Source: Amoeboradix gromovi X-113 | Taxonomy: Eukaryota > Fungi > Sanchytriomycota | NCBI GenBank assembly: GCA_018985225.1 | Contig: JADGIF010000112.1 | Coordinates: forward strand, 1 to 19,305 | Length of the DNA stretch: 19,305 nt | Direction of reading: 5' to 3' | Shown: positions 16,558-19,305 of the stretch, in pieces | Position numbering within the stretch: position 1 is the first letter of the stretch | Layout: every line of letters starts with the position of its first letter | The notes under the pieces: generated by a model | What the model saw: only the letters and a program-made list of their open reading frames with translations | The model's database searches: none | Told to the model about the DNA's origin: nothing | Translations under genes and position numbers: made by a program

Positions 16558-18738
16558 ATGAAATCAGTAGCATTTTTGTCCCATTCCGATTCAGAGTTAG
16601 AATTTGAGATTCAAGACGGAATAGTTATATTTGTTGGTTACACTCACACAAAGGAAGAATATGAGCGTGGATTTTATAAGAAAAAGAGAAGAAAAAAAGG
16701 ATCATCTGCGAAACCTATCAAAGATCTCGAAATCTTGGAGGACCCCGACAGTGAGTTTGTTAATCCAACAGACATTGGTGAAAGTGATGCGGTGGATGAA
16801 ATGCTTGATGATTTACAAGATAAAACGAACGAGAAAAAATTAGAACAGAAAGAAATCAAACCCCAAAGAAAGGAAATGAAGAGAAAAACTATCAGCGAAC
16901 TCAAGCCTAGCAAATTTGGATCGCTGGACAGAAAAACACCTCGTACAAAACCACTAAAAACTAGAACTTCCTCTAAACATAAATCGTGGACAGACGCATC
17001 TAATCCCAAGGATATTATTCAGAATATGGATGTGCCTAGTATTCCGGAATTATATTCTGAATCTGGTAAAAATTCTGCTCTGACCTCATATAAGAAGTCT
17101 CATGAAAATGCTAATCCACCAGATTCTAATGCCAAAAACTCTCTAAGTACGAAAACCGATGAGTTGAGCACTTCAGGATCTCCGCGAAAATCTGCCCAAA
17201 TAAAGGGCAAACCTTTCAAGAACCCTGAGGTTCCTAGAACATCTAATCGTATTATGTCATCGTTTTCTAAATCCGGTAAACGCAACTCTGGTAATGTGGC
17301 TACCAAAACAACCGTTAGCACTCCCAGGCGATCCCCGAGCCCTTTAGATAAGAGCATTAACAAGCCTGGCGTTACGTACAATTCTACTAATCTTAAGCCG
17401 TCAATTACTCCTAGTAGTAGGGATTCAAGCATAGGCCATCCTTCCTCGCCGATTATTGCTAACAACTCGAATTCAAATCTACCTAGAACTACGGAAAGTG
17501 TTAAGCGCGTTAGTTCTCCTAATTCAGCATTAGTAAATGAGCGATCGGTGCTTTTACCCGGCTCTCCATCCCGCAGCAGTAGTCCCAAACCATCGTCTGT
17601 TCGAAATAGCTATGCCTATCCTTCTGTACTCAATAGCTCCAAACCTGTTAAAGATAACACACTTCCAGCGAATTTTAAACCTAATAAGTCAGAGAAAGTC
17701 CAACGAACCAGTAGTCCTAGACCAATAAATGACAATGCACTGTCAAATCGCAATAGTGCTGTACCCACATATGGTAGCAGTCAATATACATCTAAAAACG
17801 ATGTTAGTAACCGAGCAAAAAAGAGAATATCTGATGCCCCAATCAAGCTAAAACGAACCGATGATCTGGTCAGTATTCCTAATATTAATGGGTTACAGTT
17901 GGAAAACAGAAATAATACCATGCCTTTATTGAGCGAAGTCAAGTTTAATCAACCGGATTCTGATTTTAATTCTGAAAAATCCAAACTTTTAAAGTTCACA
18001 TCAGGTCCTCCAAGGGATCAGATAGTTAATTCGCCAGCATCCAGAAGCCAAAGTCCAAGAGCCAAAAGGCCTGAAACAGCCTTTTTGCCGCAAGTTAAAT
18101 CAGAGATAATTAAAGCTAGATCATCCGATGTATTTGCACCCTCTGATATGCCGAATCACGCCAAGAAAGCTGAACGCAATACAATTTCATCGGCGCCAGT
18201 AAAAAAGGTAAGACCAAAATCATCTGTGATATCAAGAAAGACAGAAATCGATCCACCACCGCCAAATACTCCAAGTGGATCAAAACAACTTGGATCATTA
18301 CTATCCACACCCAAAGAACAAAAAAGACCAAAGTCAACAATACTACCCAAATCGACACCAAAATATGATAAGACACCACCAAAGATACCTAGTCTCGATA
18401 GGGGTTACGATAAGCAAGAAGGGAAAGTATCCATGCGAAAGATAAAAATACAAAACGGAGAAATAGTGGAAGCCAAAGTAGTAGAACTGCCAAATGGAAA
18501 AACGAAAGTATTCATACCAAAGAGATCAAAGGCTAGAGCCAAGTCGATGATGGTTGATAGAACGAGTAAGCCGGTGCTTGATAACAAGGGTAATTTTAGG
18601 TCATATGATGATTTACCACCGCCGCCACCAGATTTTGAACCACCAGTTGGAAGCTTGGAGCAGAAGTTGAAGAACAAAAGGAAGACGATCGTTTTGAAGA
18701 TTAAAGGATTAGGTAACATGCTTACAAAGAAGTTTTAG
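16558..18738 (+). CDS. Ser/Pro/Lys-rich, probably disordered protein with N-terminal PP1-docking-like motif
   Basis: 726-aa ORF, low complexity, polyproline stretches; N-terminal KSVAF...IFVGYTHTKEEYER. Confidence 0.75.
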   Translation: MKSVAFLSHSDSELEFEIQDGIVIFVGYTHTKEEYERGFYKKKRRKKGSSAKPIKDLEILEDPDSEFVNPTDIGESDAVDEMLDDLQDKTNEKKLEQKEIKPQRKEMKRKTISELKPSKFGSLDRKTPRTKPLKTRTSSKHKSWTDASNPKDIIQNMDVPSIPELYSESGKNSALTSYKKSHENANPPDSNAKNSLSTKTDELSTSGSPRKSAQIKGKPFKNPEVPRTSNRIMSSFSKSGKRNSGNVATKTTVSTPRRSPSPLDKSINKPGVTYNSTNLKPSITPSSRDSSIGHPSSPIIANNSNSNLPRTTESVKRVSSPNSALVNERSVLLPGSPSRSSSPKPSSVRNSYAYPSVLNSSKPVKDNTLPANFKPNKSEKVQRTSSPRPINDNALSNRNSAVPTYGSSQYTSKNDVSNRAKKRISDAPIKLKRTDDLVSIPNINGLQLENRNNTMPLLSEVKFNQPDSDFNSEKSKLLKFTSGPPRDQIVNSPASRSQSPRAKRPETAFLPQVKSEIIKARSSDVFAPSDMPNHAKKAERNTISSAPVKKVRPKSSVISRKTEIDPPPPNTPSGSKQLGSLLSTPKEQKRPKSTILPKSTPKYDKTPPKIPSLDRGYDKQEGKVSMRKIKIQNGEIVEAKVVELPNGKTKVFIPKRSKARAKSMMVDRTSKPVLDNKGNFRSYDDLPPPPPDFEPPVGSLEQKLKNKRKTIVLKIKGLGNMLTKKF

Positions 18739-18912
18739 AATAAATAATTATTTCTTATGAATTCAAATTTATAGTTGGCAGAGTTAAACGGGCTTTAGGA
18801 TGGAAGTAATTACAAGCTAACTTCAGCATCTATTTCAGAGTACTACTTAAGCAAGTTTTCGTTTTAGCTGAATAGATTATTTATCGTGATTGCCTAAAAC
18901 TTATCGCCTCAA

Positions 18913-19305
18913 CAGCTCGGTTGTTTATTGAATAAATGATCGCGAGTTTATATGCATTTTTATATAATTTTATCACTTTTCTAATACCTTAAACACTCGA
19001 TATTCTTCCTTTTCGCAAATGGTAAATGGAATAAATCGATGTAATCCTGAATATGTCAATTCTAAAGAAATAACAGGTACAGCATCATTCATCAACATTG
19101 AGGAACTGGTCCAAATATGGAACAATTAGATGTCTTTGAAACAGTCTTCAAAAGAGATCAACGATAAGAATAAACCTATAAACCATTTATTTAATAATTC
19201 TTATGTGACCGTTCTTACCGCATGTGCAACAATAGAGATCATATGGCAGCAAGGAACATATACATCAAATGTATGCATCCTTATTCGATCCCGCCTCAGG
19301 GTAGT
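18913..19305 (+). mobile_element. Internally deleted IS607-like/Fanzor2 element, copy 4 (right end runs off the window)
   Basis: Left end aligns with 3540-3658 (-); ATG 19019 then EYVNSKEIT / SSTLRNWSKYGTIRCL* (19089-19139); NRDHMAARNIYIK from 19231; then the start of the scaffold CATCCTTATTCGATCCCGCCTCAGGGTAGT. Confidence 0.85.

Noticed and set aside
16631-18719. Multiple alternative-frame and antisense ORFs within the 726-aa gene (similar ones overlap HBS1, PDI, kinase, PWWP and RGS genes)
   Set aside because: Shadow ORFs of real coding sequence with no independent motifs.
18975-19110. Minus-strand frame ...FIPFTICEKEEYRVF resembling a hAT transposase segment
   Set aside because: It is the antisense of the left end and tnpA start; the opposite strand gives coherent, correctly ordered IS607 motifs.
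1-19305. CRISPR array, tRNA/rRNA genes, or stop-codon reassignment
   Set aside because: No regularly spaced repeats or RNA gene signatures were seen. Conserved genes end at TAA/TAG, and in-frame stops occur only in frameshifted remnants.

Overview
AT-rich, gene-dense eukaryotic DNA in the standard code. The gene set suggests an early-diverging fungus or other holomycotan, which is inference. Host genes are HBS1, a PDI/Mpd1-like oxidoreductase, a Cys-rich/TM/SH3 protein and an SH3-less relative, a PH-domain Akt/PKB-like kinase, mtTFB/Mtf1, an F-box protein, a PWWP protein, ATPase inhibitor IF1, a 7TM-RGS protein and a long disordered protein with a PP1-docking-like N-terminus. The only two introns I can infer are both 19 nt long. 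The intergenic DNA, which the ORF track misses, holds decayed RNA-guided (OMEGA) transposon material. There are four copies of an IS607-like/Fanzor2 element (3206-3658 -, 3856-3980 +, 6663-6930 -, 18913-end +). Between them they keep a TnpA HTH remnant, a TnpB/Fanzor Zn-finger/RuvC-III remnant and a conserved, structured ~125-nt right end (putative omegaRNA scaffold). A separate Fanzor1 pseudogene (3981-~4530 +) begins directly after one of these right ends, so that copy's predicted guide is Fanzor1 sequence. All of this comes from manual reading; no database searches were run.
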